A stretch of DNA of 39,524 nt from Piedraia hortae CBS 480.64 (lineage: Eukaryota): the NCBI GenBank assembly GCA_010093745.1, contig MU005974.1, positions 251,227 through 290,750 of the forward strand, in the 5' to 3' direction. How positions within the stretch are numbered: position 1 is the first letter of the stretch; every line of letters starts with the position of its first letter. The position numbers and the translations under genes were made by a program. Under the pieces are notes generated by a model that saw nothing but the letters and a program-made list of their open reading frames with translations, was not told where the DNA came from and did not search any database. Of this stretch, positions 11,148 through 24,279 are shown one piece after another.

Positions 11148-11435
11148 TATTGGCATGAAGCCTCGTTGCTATGAGCACGTAAGCATATTTGGCTAGACTT
11201 CTCAGGGTTTTTACCTCACAGAGGATATATCCCTGGGACATGGTCACGTCACATGATGGTGATCTCGGCGAGTTCGGTCCGGACTGTGTCAGAATGTGGG
11301 CGGCCGTGGCACTTCACCTCAACCCCTCACTTCCTCAATACCTCAATACAATAAGAAGACCACACAACTCAATGCATGAGCATAATCACAGAGAATCTCC
11401 CTTGCTCCCATTCTCAGTGTCCATATTGCACATGA
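11148..11435 (+). mobile_element. Diverged solo LTR related to family D
   Basis: Starts TATTGGCATGAAGCCTCGTTGCTAT (cf. TGTTGGCATGAAGTCTCGTTGCTAT at 24295) and carries the core CAGGGTTTTTACCTCACAGAGG..CCCTG. Possible TSD CGCTG (11143-47 / 11436-40). Right end uncertain. Confidence 0.65.
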
Positions 11436-14400
11436 CGCTGTGCTAGATCACCACCTCTATATTCCATCAGTGCCACGGAACCATATCGCAGCCACGTGAC
11501 CCGACACCTCACCTCCTGCCCGTAGCATAGTTAGCTGTACCAAAAGGGCACAACATAGTTATAAGGATAGCATAGTCATCTGAGCAATAGATCGATGTAA
11601 ATAGTGAAATATGACACATGGAATGCAGACCGGTATGGGGGTTCAGTCTATCGCTTGTTCTACATGAGGACTACTGCAGGTTATGGGTGTGCCGTTAGGC
11701 AACCCCCGGCCTCGCTAGGCTCGGCCCGACCCAACCTGTTTCGCCATTGGACAATCCTCATCAGTAGAAGTGAAAGAGTAAGCGAGCAGGAGCGAGCGGA
11801 CGAGACAAATGCAAAAATCCAGCAGTCTGGTTCTTGCAATAGCGGGCGGCAGGATTCAATACACGAAGCAATCTAGTATAGCTAACTAGTGTTGCGGCCG
11901 AGCAGAGTTGCCACGTGTTGGTGCCGATAAGTTGAGTGCCTCATCTCTGGTTGGTTCCAAGGCCCAGTCGATTTACATAATTCATGTTTCGCATCGAAGC
12001 TGACGCAAGCCATGAGACGTTTTGGGACTAGCGCGAAATTAGAGTTAAGCGTCTCCTTTGAAGCTTTGGGCTCTTCAACATCACTTCTTCTCCTTCAAAC
12101 CCACTTCCCGCACAAAAAAAACATCAATCAATCTCCACCGCAACTTCTCTTCTTCCACTTCTGCTTTTCTGTTTATCCCAGCCTGAGGTGTTCTTGCCAA
12201 GTGTCAATGAGGAAGCATCGTGAGGCGGCAAAGTATCGTGTCCATGCGATGCGTATGGCGGATTTCAAGCACATGTAAGGTGATGGCACTTCAGCGCCAT
12301 CACTTTACTTTTTCCACCGTGCTCTCTCTTTGCGGCAAGTATGTCACGGAAAACGTTCGTTGTCCCATATTGTCTTTATCATAGGCTGACAATTCTCCTA
12401 GCCACTTATCTAAAATCGATGAGACCGTAACTTGGAGTCGATTTGTCTCTCCGAGACCGCTGTAGCATGTGTTGACGACATCTGCGAACTCGAAGGCCGT
12501 CCTGATAATTGAGGCTTGTTCTTTAGGTAAGATGCCCATCTCCAGTCATGATACATGCTAATGAGTCTAGTTTAACAACGAGAAGAACCTAGCCTTTTAG
12601 GCTCTTCCACTGGCTGGCTGAACAGCAGTGCATTTGCTCCGCCGGTGGATATGGTGATAATGGGAAATGCGGCCTTCTCGTGACAGTAAGCTTAAGTTCT
12701 TCCGCAACCATATGAACCTCACAGATTGCATGATACTAACATCTTTCTCAAGCGGAGCAGCAAATTACTTGGTTTTCCCCCGTGAACCAACCCGGTAGTA
12801 CACTTACCCGGGTTAAAGTTATCACGGTAGTTACGAAGTTCTCGCTTCTTTGCTTGGCCCAGCCTCTGGTAACAAGGCCAGGGGAGTGCGGAAGATGGAT
12901 GCTTGGTTGCAGTATGTGAAACGATTGCAAGAACCCTAAATGGCAGCTATCAGGCGATTGATGTTATAATTGTTGTTATGTATGTAGAGCACCAGCCACA
13001 GGGGCACCAACCCCATGGGCTAAATTACATCCATGATACGGACTGGCAACTTCATCGACCTTAGAGGTTATCAACAAAACCATAGCATCCTTTCATATCG
13101 TACGTACGTACAAAAACATTCCAATAGCAGTCGCCATAAATTGTGGTCGAAGCAAAAGGAGCATTGAACTATCACTACATTGACTACTTGAAAGCAGCAT
13201 TACTGTGGCAATGCCTTCATGTCCCAGTTTCTTATCTCTCTTCATTCCCGTTGTGTTGCACTCTGCTGCGTTGTTTCAACTATCTGGACACCGACTGACC
13301 ACACCACTCTCACGATCCTCTCTTCCTGGCATTCAAGTCTTACCATGCACGGTCAATGTACTGGTTGTCCAGCATTTCGTGAAACCAATCAAACTTGCCT
13401 GCCTGCTGAAGGGTTGGCTCCACTAAGATTGCAAACTCTAGCCGTCCAAATCAACGGGAGGATAGGTAAAAGACATTTCTCAGATGCACCACGCTTCGCT
13501 GAGCGCGCCGCTCGGAAATTGCAACTCCTGGGCCTCAAACCAACTTGTTTGCGATCAGAGGTGAGTCATCCCAACCCACGAGGAGAATTTGGGGCTCCCC
13601 CAACAACATTGGATCCTCCGCGGGCGAGTGATGATTTTTCCAACAAGTCCAGTCGTCTTACGGTATCAAAACCCACAGGCAATGTGTACCTCTAGTCAAA
13701 TCCGAACACCTTTGAGTATTCATTCGCCCCAAACCGTTAAGTGGATGGCAGGATGTGTCTCTGCGGCTGTTTGTAGAATACATGCCATGGATGGCTTTCG
13801 AATGCTCCGCAGAGAGAACTGTTGTGTTGGGTGTGTGCTTCCTCATCGGAAACTGAGATATGACTCAGAAAAATGGCAGTGTTGAACGCTACCAATTCTT
13901 CACCCCGTATCCGCGACATTTCCCAGCTTGACAAGTCCCAGATATAGAACCAGTTAAAGAATATAGCGTAGAGCGCTTTAGTTTCCAAGCCAATGTATCG
14001 CTGTCATTCAGTTCAATCCTGTACGCATGGTGTCCGAGTGTGTGGGGAAGCTGCCATTCCGATGCCCTTGTTGACCAACGCTCTGCTGCCAGGCTGTTTG
14101 AGCCAACTGCAAACGCTACAGCGCAAGCACATCCTAGGCTTCCTTAGTTCCTGCTCCAGCTCTCTAATTCTTTGCGCGCCTCGTTGTAGTTGGTACGAGC
14201 TGCCTTCAAAGCTTTGTGCTTGCTCTGGTGGCGCCCTCTGAGTTCCTGTCCTGTCCGTTACTGCGGAGCCCATTGATAGTCAGCAAAATTGTCTTTAGTT
14301 TCTTGAAATGCCCCTTTTTGACCCCTTTTTGACTTGGTGTAACTTTGGACTGACAGCAACAAGATGCGCCGGTGGGATGCAACTCACATAAATCCCCAGG

Positions 14401-17400
14401 TGCGTGCACGTTTTCAGACGCTGTTCCAGGCTGCTTATAGTCATGAATCCTATGTGCGTCCATTGGCCTCTCTCTTATGCGCGCTGAAAAGGTATTGGCG
14501 CATCTTCTCGCCGCCGCCAACCCACATCTTGCGCCCAGGCTCGTGTTAGCTCTGTGCACTGCGCGCATTCGAGTCTGAATAGTCGTACCTGATTGCTTTC
14601 TTGTCTTGGTCTTCGGAGGGACTCGTATGCGGGGGAGCCGATCGCGCGGACAAAGCTTTCTCGCTCATAGACGCAAAATATCTTGCCAGTGGAGTGCGTT
14701 GGCGATCAGGGGCGCTCGGAAGGGAGGCAACAGTAGAGCGGACGCAGATATCTCTGCAGGAAACAGCTAAATGGAGTCAGAGAGGCAGTTGAGTACGGGA
14801 AAGGCCACAATCTGCTCACCAATCTCAGGCACTCTGCGCCATCCGGTAAGCACATGCAGCGAAGATAGCAATGCTAGTTATGCTGTACCCTTCAAGTTAT
14901 GATAGTCGTTTCGTAAAGTGCTGGAATGACTGCACTTTTTTCGAGTCCATTTTTGGCGCCACCTTCCGTTTGCGGAGATGACAGGCGCACAGACCAAGTG
15001 CGCTGCTCAAACCCAGCTACGCCGGCCAAGGCTATTTGTTGTTGCGACTATTTAAGTACGGCATGAACATCTTCATCGACTTACAGAGGCACAGACTGAT
15101 GGCTTTGGCTCAAGTGACTGTACCCGAATCATCCGCCGCCGCAGAACGAATCCAATCCACAGCGCCGATCGTCAACAGCTTCTAAGCAGCGTATAAATGA
15201 GCCAGAGAGCAATGACCAAAGGCATAACATCGAGACATCACCAATGGCAGCAGGGTGAACTCAAAATGGGAGGACATTGTGCAGGGATACCAAAAGGCGC
15301 TGGCGCCGCGGAAAGGACCTCAGGGGCGAGCGCAGCTGAAGCTACGTAGAATGATCTAGTCAGTCCTGGAAGTGTGCTAGTCATGGTCGCTTGGCGCCCA
15401 GAGCTTGTAAGAGCTGCCAGGCGGTCATTCTCGGCGCGGCTTACGGTCGGCTACGGCGCTGTTGGTTTCGCTCGCTCCAAGAACATCGGCCAGGAACCAA
15501 CCGTATACTGTGGCATGCACAGGAGAAAGCGGTACCCCATGCGCTTTCAGCAAAGCCAAGGAAAACCCTACGGCCAGGCGCTGTTGAAGATGTTATCACT
15601 GGTGTGGACAGGAAACAGCGATGAAAGAAAGACAACGCGACTGCCCGCCCGAGCCGGCGGACGGGCCTATATACAAGAAAACAACTAATCTTTTAGCGAC
15701 AAAAATGTCGATCATACTATCGACATGCCGAGGCACCGGCAAGGATCGACATTATGCCACCACCTCGTAGATGTAGGGACTTGGTGCGATGGTGTGACTC
15801 GCCAAATGGAAGCGCTCTTGCACAACAACCCCTAGTGGTACTTAAAGAGCATTGAAAGTCTGAGGACGATGGATCGGAGAGTAGCAGAGCTACCAGGTGC
15901 GAGGATGGCCTCTGGTGAGATGGGCGACCTGTCTCGCATTGAGAGACTACAATGTTCAAGGATCACCCAGCGCGCGCGACACTCAGCCTTGCAAATACAT
16001 TGGATTTCCTGGATCCTGAGTCAAAGGGGGTGCCGAATAGCGGTGTCATGTTGCGCAGAGAGATTTGCACGGAACGGCAGAACAATTGCAGTGGATGAAG
16101 GCTATTCGAAGGAAACACGGTCTAGCAACACAGATAGTGTGTAGCGCTGCACTCTTCTGTCGTATCTGAGCTGTGATTATGGAGGGATCCTATATGGTTA
16201 GCCCATTACATTCCATCGGGAAGAGCATCTTGAATCTGATCCGGTCAATGGCTGAAGACAGTATTCTTTAGTGTGTAACCCACTGGTTCTCTGTCAGAGC
16301 AACGGGCTCAGAAAAGACGATTCAGTGCACAGCATCGCTTGGTTCCTGATGCTATAGGCCCTTCTTCTAGCTAGACTCAATCTTACATGCCGCCCCGTAC
16401 AGAGCTCAGCAAAGCATCCAAAATATTCTATGTATCTGCTGAGTTTCACGGTGCCGAAAAGTTAAGTTTTGTGCTGAGCGGTGTTAATCGCATATCACTG
16501 GTGATAGCAGACAGAGTAGCAATGATCCTTCTGACTTTGGGTACGAACTCTTGTCCATGACCTTCTGCCTAAATGACGCTCAGACACAAGGTCCCTATAA
16601 AGCCCTGAGATACTCCATACCGCAGAGTTGCCCTGGGCGGCGAGCATGGCAAGCCTTGAGCAGCTTGAATCAATGTGCCTCCCTTGCAAGTTCGATTCCT
16701 AAAGTCTTATTTCATAATCTTCGGTACAATGAAAATTGGCTTGAGGTAGGCAGGCATGGCGACTATGTTTGAAGAGCTTCCTCATGCCACATGTGCCCGT
16801 AGCATTCTGGACTCCATGATTGGCTAAGGGAATGCAGCATCTTTGGCATGACATTGTCTGAGGTTTTGGATAAATGGAGGCGTGGAAAGAGCACGGTAGA
16901 GGTAAATCTCAATGTAACGGGCATCCCGACGTTCAAAAAGCATTCGAGGCAGTACGGATGAAAGGAAGGACGGGGGGGGAGGTTAGCGTTATGCTATGAC
17001 TCGAGGCTTGGTTCTTCTAGAATCTATTAGCGACCACATGGTATTGAAGATATATTGACAAGCATCATGGCCCGTGTGCATCCGGCTTTAACCATTGAAC
17101 ATCAATGACTGCTGCTCACTGTACAGCATGCAGCATGCTTTGACAAACCTAAACCTGAAACTAGTTCCAGCATGCCATTGGACGCTGTAACTCTGGTGCA
17201 ATCACGTCAGAGCTGAGAACCCCACCATGGTGGGGTTTCCGGCAATAAATACTTTTTCTTGCTCTTCTTTCTTCCTTCATCTACATCAACCTGTCTGTAT
17301 CCAACCTGGCCCTTTTCTCATCTTCACTTGTCCTTTGCAGCTGTCTTGGTATCCTTATTGTTCTGTTACTGTCGAGCACCGTATGTCACTGGGTGCTAGG

Positions 17401-18178
17401 AAAAGGCCCAAGTCGTAAATCAACTGGCTTGTGGTATGTGATTCACCTATATATTGGCTTGCTATAGGACTGACAAGATTGCATAGCCATATTAGCAGCT
17501 GGGACAAGCTGGGTCCATTCAGAGATAGATATGGACCTGTTTGATTTACTGACGCACATCGGTGTGTCCATCACTCTTTGACATAAGTTTGAATACTGAT
17601 ATAAAGTCATAGCCAGTAAGGCGCAAACCTCGCCTTCCTGTCTTTGTGCCCAAAACATTTACTATGCGACCCGCTTCTCCGAGGTAAGCCTATATCTGCC
17701 ATACCCAGTGCCCACCGCTAACATAAAGTTATGGTGAAGCCTGTCGTGCTTTGTACAAGAGTCCACAGGATATCCAGTACGGCAAATCAGCTGTTTGGAA
17801 ACTGGATCCGTGTTTGCTGATCGGAACTGTTGAAGATGCAAGTACGGACATGCCCTTCTCTAAGAGAAACATGACGCTGACCTTTTACAATCAGGGCGCC
17901 CGTCTCGAACACCAGTGGTGTGCAGCGCCAATGAGGAGGGTTGTGGCTCTCGGAAGCCAAAGCAGAGGTGGCCTTGGCCCGGGGTATGACTGCGGCTGCT
18001 TTCTGGGCATCAAAGGTTAAGGCTGTGTGGAATAGGCCTGCTGCTGCCTCCCTGCCTGGTGTTACTGTTGAATCGAGGAGCCACGGCTGTGTTATGTTCT
18101 CCGCCAGCCTTCCGAGCAACATGTTTTCGACGATTCTTCTCTGGAACTCGGCATTCACTCAAGACTATGAGTTTGTAG

Positions 18179-18482
18179 TGTCGGAGGAGTGAACCTCCGA
18201 GGACTAAAGCGGGACGTAGATCAAAGACTAATGTTTACACTTAATTCTGACCCAAAGGTGGAGGTAGATGTCTATCTCTATGTGAGTTGAGGTTCAAACC
18301 CTTCTCCGCACTACTTCAATCTAACCGCATTCGCCAGGACAACGCCAGCGAACCATGCCCTTAAGCATGAACGAGACAATTACCCGTCTCAGGGAAAAGT
18401 TCCTCTATAGAGGTACAAACCCTAAGAAGTTTCGACTTCTATCTAGGGTACTGGTCATGGTAGGTGCCACATTCTTCTGACA
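18179..18482 (-). mobile_element. Solo LTR, family A copy 2
   Basis: TGTCGGAGG...TTCTTCTGACA; flanks TGTAG/TGTAA (4/5 TSD match). Confidence 0.9.
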
Positions 18483-19481
18483 TGTAATTACTGTGTTGTG
18501 CATTCAATAGAATTTGCCTTGATTGTCCCATGATCTCGTTTTGTCCTCCTCTATCCATTGCTAACATGGCCTTTGTCTGGCAAATTTCGCATATACGATT
18601 TGACTGTAATCAAGTCACGCTACGGGCCGGGCCGGCCCGACTCCAGCTGCGCACAATACATCCTTTGCCCGTACAAAGTGCGCGAGGCGCATCTAACACT
18701 GTGTTATTTTGCTGTACTTTAGTGCATGCCCTTCAGTCACTCATCCTACCGCCGAGGTGACTTCCAGATGCATGGCCATTATCTCCTTGATAATAGATAG
18801 TAGTCTCACAGGATACACTAACGGGCCGGCCCGAAAGTGCAAGCAACAACCCCGCCAAGGCGGCCAAATCACAAACTTGATCAGCAGGCGGGAAGCCGAA
18901 GACGCTTCAAACGATAAAGTCGGCGGCCAATCTTAATGGAATTGGAAACGAGTTACTATAAGGCAGTAATTGATAGTATTAAATGAACTAGATACAATAG
19001 AATCCTCTTTGCAGTTGCCTTCAGCCCTTCATCTTCCATCGTTCAGAGCAGTTACCCATTCCCTTTTCCCCAACCCCAGGGATTAAGTTGCCATTATCTC
19101 CCTCCAATCAACTCTCCAAAGCATAATGCTTTGTAAAAAACCGTCGTAGAAAAGAGGCTAAAACCTTCCACCTCCAAGGGCATAGCTTGGCCTTTGGAAA
19201 ACCCCGTGCAAGCGAGCCAGCAGCAGAAGGCGCGATTCAGTCTCTCGTAGGGCCACAAATGAGTTGTTACTCAACAGACGTCGTTCACAACCTGTGTTGC
19301 GGTCATCCGCGAATGTCAACCAAGTTATAAAATCGCCTGGCTCGAGACCGCATAGTAGGTAGGCAGCGTTTAACATTGAGCAGCGCGATAGCTGCTTTTG
19401 CTTGATAGGATGGTTCGAAAGCCGTCGTATACTTCCGCGGTCGGAGGAGATCGGTTTGAAAGGTATGTTTGATTGTACGCG

Positions 19482-19654
19482 TGTTACAGTACTCAGAAGA
19501 AAAGGTTCAATAAGTCCCAATGATGAGGACAATCCAAACTGCAATCTACTGGGAAGCGAGGATACTATAAACTGATCCAGAAGCGCTGTCCATACGGCGC
19601 GTGGTAATAGCGTGGCAATGAATAGCAAGCAGGGCGCGTCGGTGTATCGAATTC
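19482..19654. repeat. Dispersed repeat family B, copy 2 (may extend further right)
   Basis: Starts TGTTACAGTACTCAGA and aligns with 10057-10229. Right boundary not determined. Confidence 0.8.
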
Positions 19655-20019
19655 CCTGTGCGCTTAGGCGGCGCAGGTCGTCCCGCGCACACACAGCCTC
19701 GCCCCAACAACGCGCAGTCGTACTTATCTCGAGATAAGGCTGCATGGAAGCCTCGTCAGATTCTATGCGATTGAAGTGTCTTTGGCCGCTCTGCTTGAGG
19801 CCATGGGGCGGACTATAACGTCTAGTCGACTGTCATATTGTTTGTGATGGAGGCCAACCCGACTTTCGTAGCTTCCTGGTGGCTTGTGCACGCACAAGAG
19901 GTAGACGTGGATCGCTGTAGTTGCTGGGCAACTCGAGGAACCTCGGCGAAAATTTTATAATATTAAGTCGGTCTAATGGACTGTTGGCCAAGTTTGTGTC
20001 AATGCTGGCCAGCTGGTAG

Positions 20020-20325
20020 TGCCAGAGGGGTGAACCTCCGAGGACGAAAGGGGAGCGGATATCGACGACAAAAGCTTCCACTCAACTTTGACTGAAAAGG
20101 TGAAATGTAGTTGTCTATGTCTCAATGAAGTGAGGTTCGAAACCTACCCCACACTACCCTAGTCTAACCGTATTCGCCAGGACAACGTCAGCGAACCATG
20201 CCCTTAAGCATGAACGAGACAGTGACCTGTCTCAGGGAAAACTTCCTCTATAGAGGTAAAAACCCCGAGAAGTTTCGACTTCTATCTATAGTTGTGGTCA
20301 TGGTAGGTGCCACATCCTTCTGAAA
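20020..20325 (-). mobile_element. Solo LTR, family A copy 3
   Basis: TGCCAGAGGGG...CCTTCTGAAA with a perfect 5-bp TSD GGTAG (20015-19 / 20326-30). Confidence 0.92.
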
Positions 20326-20976
20326 GGTAGTCACCATTGTGACAATTCTCGTTTGCCAAACTAGCAATGGTGTTATGATGATTGAGTCTTCCACACCCTT
20401 GAAAGTGCTGTGAGATTATTCTTCGTCTTTTGGAGATTTGAGATGGGCGTTGTTGTTGCGGTGGCGCGGATGCGATTTGGTATCTCATCGTTCTTGGTTG
20501 ACGTGACAAGGTCCATTGCATTATCGACTGTCTGACTTGGCCCGTAGACGAGCTCTGTCAGCTTGAACACCTCGCTGTAGTCGATCTTAATAGCCTTGCC
20601 TACGAGAGCATGTGACTGCAGTGCCAGACGAAAAGAGCGCAGTCCCATTGGGAACACTATAAGAAGAACAATGTGGATGTGAAGAAGAGTGCGACTGGGA
20701 TGTATTGGCGGATGTAGCTTAGCCGTGTTAGTGATAAGCCGCTGTTGATGACGAAAAATTCTGTGAAGGTGGAGAATTTTTGCTCCAATGGCTGACGTCT
20801 TACTGCACGCCACTGCACAGGCCATCACACCGAACCCACATCAGGAAATTTGAATCGCTTCTTTCTTTTCCTTGTTAACGAACGTCACCCCTCGATCAGT
20901 ACGTGTCATTTAACCACATTATTTCATTGTATTCTAACGTGATCCCAGCATTCTCGAACACAAAAGCCCGAATGAC

Positions 20977-21345
20977 ATGGAGTACGTTACTCGCACTATT
21001 GCCGACAAAACCTCCTCCGCCCTTGACAAAAGGGCGGAGCCTGTGGTTATCATCCTCCCTCTCCTCGTTGGTTTGACCATCATCTTGGTTTTGGGGTGTC
21101 TCGTTACCACGCGCTGGTGGGGGACCGGCAGCATCTTGGAACTGCAGCCGGCCGCCTCCGAGTGGCCGGGCCAATCCCACAGCAGGTCTCAGGCGTCTTT
21201 CTATCAGCGCCGCCGCTCGCAGCGGATGCCAGTGCCCATCCAGACGTGGATGGCATCCCGCCGCCACAGCCAAATCCCCGAAGAACTCGAACTAGAGGAG
21301 ATTAGACGCCCACCAACGGCTCATCATGGTTATCGCGAAATATAG
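20977..21345 (+). CDS. Small single-pass membrane protein, function unknown
   Basis: 122-aa ATG ORF with one strong hydrophobic helix (VVIILPLLVGLTIILVLGCLV) preceded by LDKR; AT-rich terminator-like 3' flank. Confidence 0.65.
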   Translation: MEYVTRTIADKTSSALDKRAEPVVIILPLLVGLTIILVLGCLVTTRWWGTGSILELQPAASEWPGQSHSRSQASFYQRRRSQRMPVPIQTWMASRRHSQIPEELELEEIRRPPTAHHGYREI

Positions 21346-21486
21346 AAAACTTGGGGCCGCCTGCTCTGTTTGAGTTGTACATTAATATATATATCTCAAG
21401 GCTGGACCTGTTTTCTTCATTGCACAATTAACATCGTTCCCATGTTTGTAAACATCTATATACATTTCCAATGATCATTCAAAGAA

Positions 21487-22656
21487 CTATCGCAGTGTCA
21501 TTTTTCTGCCAGGCCCAGTGCACTGCTCGGATTGTTCTGCGGTCGGATTTGATCCCACGTTCTGTCTCTTAGATTCTGGAGCATCGCCCTCCGCATCATC
21601 TCCCTCATCACGCTTTTGCTTATCCTTAGGTGATATCCTTGGGCTTTGAGTCTTTCCCCCATTTGTAGAGAAAATCGCTGGACTTTGGGACTTTTTTTTA
21701 TCTTTATGCGATGTCGTTGGATCTCGGGATTTTGCACGTACAGAAGCAGGTAATATTGGCAAGAAAGGAATGGACCTCGTGTTCCCAGGTGTTGGTGGAC
21801 TTGAGTCGGTTGTGGAATTTGGCAGTGATATCGGATTGAGTATGATTGAATGAGTCGAACCTTTTGGTCTGCGTACTTTTTTCCACGAAAAGGACGGAGC
21901 GTTCTCCTTTCCTGTCATTTGCCCTGTTCTCATCATCTCTTCGAGCTCGGCGATCGTTCCTGCTTCCGGAAGAGTAGTTTTCATTGGCTCTGCCCGACAA
22001 TTGGACTTCTGTGGTTCGCCGATGTAATCTGTTATCAAGCTAGCTTCAGCCTCTCCAAATTTTATTGCTCTCGCCTCCGTATATGCTCTAGTGTCGTTCT
22101 TTGGGAGCATTAACAACTCTTTTATCGACATTTTAGAATAGTCTTTTCTCACCGCAGGGATACGTGCAACAGTATTACGTGCACCTCTCTTGGACCCCTT
22201 CGCTGCTTTTTTATCATCGGTTTTTGAGACTTGGCCGACTTCTCTCAACCTTATAGTGTTTCCCATGCGACGTTTCCTCCACTCTTCTTCACGCGTCGTG
22301 GGGTGCTCCTGGCGGTAGGTTCCTTGCTCCAAATCAAGTGGCTCGGTGGGCAGCTCGAGCAGTTTCGAGAGACTCCAGATCGAGTAATCAATCTTAGGCT
22401 TTTCGACCTTTTCGTCGTATTTGCTCTTTTCTTTCCCTTTCTTGCCACGCGAGGTCTTGTTATTAGTACTCTTAGTGTTCTTAGCTTCCGCAGCCGTAGT
22501 TGTCACAGGCGGCCTATGACTTTGCTCTGGCGCTTCATGGCTGTTCTCAATTGCTCCTGGTGGATCGTTATCCGCAACCGGCTTCTTACCTCGACGACCA
22601 GGCATCACCCGCGTGGGCTGGCTTGGCTGGCCAGTCTTCTTGGATTTCCTTGGCAT
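21487..22656 (-). CDS. Lys/Ser/Thr-rich low-complexity hypothetical protein
   Basis: ~390-codon uninterrupted ORF (ATG at 22656, MPRKSKK) in a region where other frames are short. Contains an internal repeat DYSIWSLSKLLELP / DYSKMSIKELLMLP. Confidence 0.7.
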   Translation of the reverse strand: MPRKSKKTGQPSQPTRVMPGRRGKKPVADNDPPGAIENSHEAPEQSHRPPVTTTAAEAKNTKSTNNKTSRGKKGKEKSKYDEKVEKPKIDYSIWSLSKLLELPTEPLDLEQGTYRQEHPTTREEEWRKRRMGNTIRLREVGQVSKTDDKKAAKGSKRGARNTVARIPAVRKDYSKMSIKELLMLPKNDTRAYTEARAIKFGEAEASLITDYIGEPQKSNCRAEPMKTTLPEAGTIAELEEMMRTGQMTGKENAPSFSWKKVRRPKGSTHSIILNPISLPNSTTDSSPPTPGNTRSIPFLPILPASVRAKSRDPTTSHKDKKKSQSPAIFSTNGGKTQSPRISPKDKQKRDEGDDAEGDAPESKRQNVGSNPTAEQSEQCTGPGRKMTLR

Positions 22657-24279
22657 CTTGTCCTGGAGCAATATCTTCAAGCTTTGGCGGCAAATTTGAG
22701 GTGAGCTACGTCAGCGGGAATAGAGGGGATACATTTTTCTGCTGAATTTGATGTATTCCGTACTTCTGGCCGACGTGCAATCATTTACACACTGGAGAAG
22801 GCAGCTCATAGGGAGCTTTGTGATAGAGTTGCAACACTTTCCGGTTTCGGCATTTCTCTTTTGGAGATTCTTCATTGACCGCTTAGATAATAAATTGTAT
22901 CCGGTAACTGTGTCGAATAGGCCGATTCATGTCCGACCTGAATAATCGCATCTTCAATGGTTGCAACAAAGAACAAAGTCTTTGTGGGGATCTCTGCTTT
23001 CATGCTAGTGCGCTGACTGGAACCAAATCATTCAGATGGAAGCAGCCTCAGGTGATCAAAGCAATTCTTTATTCCCAAGTCCCGTGATCAGCCATTCGGA
23101 GACTTCGAGCATCCTGCACACTTTTTTGAAGCCCAATTCTACACTTTTGAAGACAGACAGACTTCTTCTGGCTTTGTATTGACTCTGAAGCCCGATATGA
23201 TTCCACGATCCTTATCTACTTCCCTGGTGGTTTTCCAACAAGACATGTAAAAGAAAGTTGGCGACCAATTTGGGCAGCACAGTGTGAGAGCACTCCTAAT
23301 TGGGCTTTGTCTGTCGATTGGCACGCCCTCTAGGCTGAAAGAGGGTGATATAGATGTAACAGAAATGCTTCATCAGCTGCTGAGCCATTGTCAAAAGCGA
23401 AGGTTGGTATATCGAGGCCTTCAAGGTCATGATTCGGTCTAGGTTGAGGCTTTTGGTGAACAACCCATCAATCAAACGATGACTTGATATGGCATTCCAT
23501 TTAAACTCTGTGCGAATATTCCCGGAAGCGATGATGAACCCTCTTTCAACATGTCCACTCCTGGGGGCAAGATGACCAGTCTCGTCGATAGAGTAAGCTT
23601 GGCGCCGGCGAATACTAGTGCCACGTGTATCTTCCTTCTAAACCAACCCCGGTCAAATCCAGCAATTCCACATCTTCTTCATCTCCATATCGACTCTTGC
23701 TACGCTACCTACTGCTTATTCTGCATCCACTCATCCGCTGCCTTTGATCGTTTCCTTCTCTTGCTCTCTTTCAATACCCACAAAGCGTGTGAATGCGGCC
23801 ACTCTTATGCCCTGCTTGCCTCCATAATCCGTTCCGTCCTTGACTGACTTTTCCCAGTCCAAGTTTTTCCGCAGAGGGCAAATGCCAAACCAGATCCGAA
23901 CAAAGGGAGCAATGTTCGCGCACAAGGCCATTCGCCTCTGACATTCGGATGCTTTTTCTCGGATGACAAAGAATACATGGTCTTGACGCAATGCAATGCG
24001 ACAACACCGGACGTGTCTTCCACTCGCCGAGGAAGCTCCAACATGATCCTGACGCGCACAGGAGGGAGGGCGCCGTCATACTGGAGAGCCCCAACGGGGC
24101 CTGAGAATTGAATGACGCTCGGAATAGAATCTTTCTGCCTTGTCGCTGAGAAATTCAGCGGCTTGACTCTATGACACTCGTCTGGGGTGAAATAATGTTT
24201 TGGAAGCCAGGATTCCATTGTGGACGTGCGTTCCAGGAAACTTATTAGATATTATATCCTCTTCTGATCTGCAACCTGG

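Noticed and set aside
19158..19745. 195-aa minus-strand ORF
   Set aside because: It spans the boundary of repeat family B and has no recognisable motif; likely a chance ORF.
23000..24270. Overlapping minus-strand ORFs suggesting a frameshifted gene
   Set aside because: No domain could be recognised by eye; a BLASTx search would be needed before calling a pseudogene.
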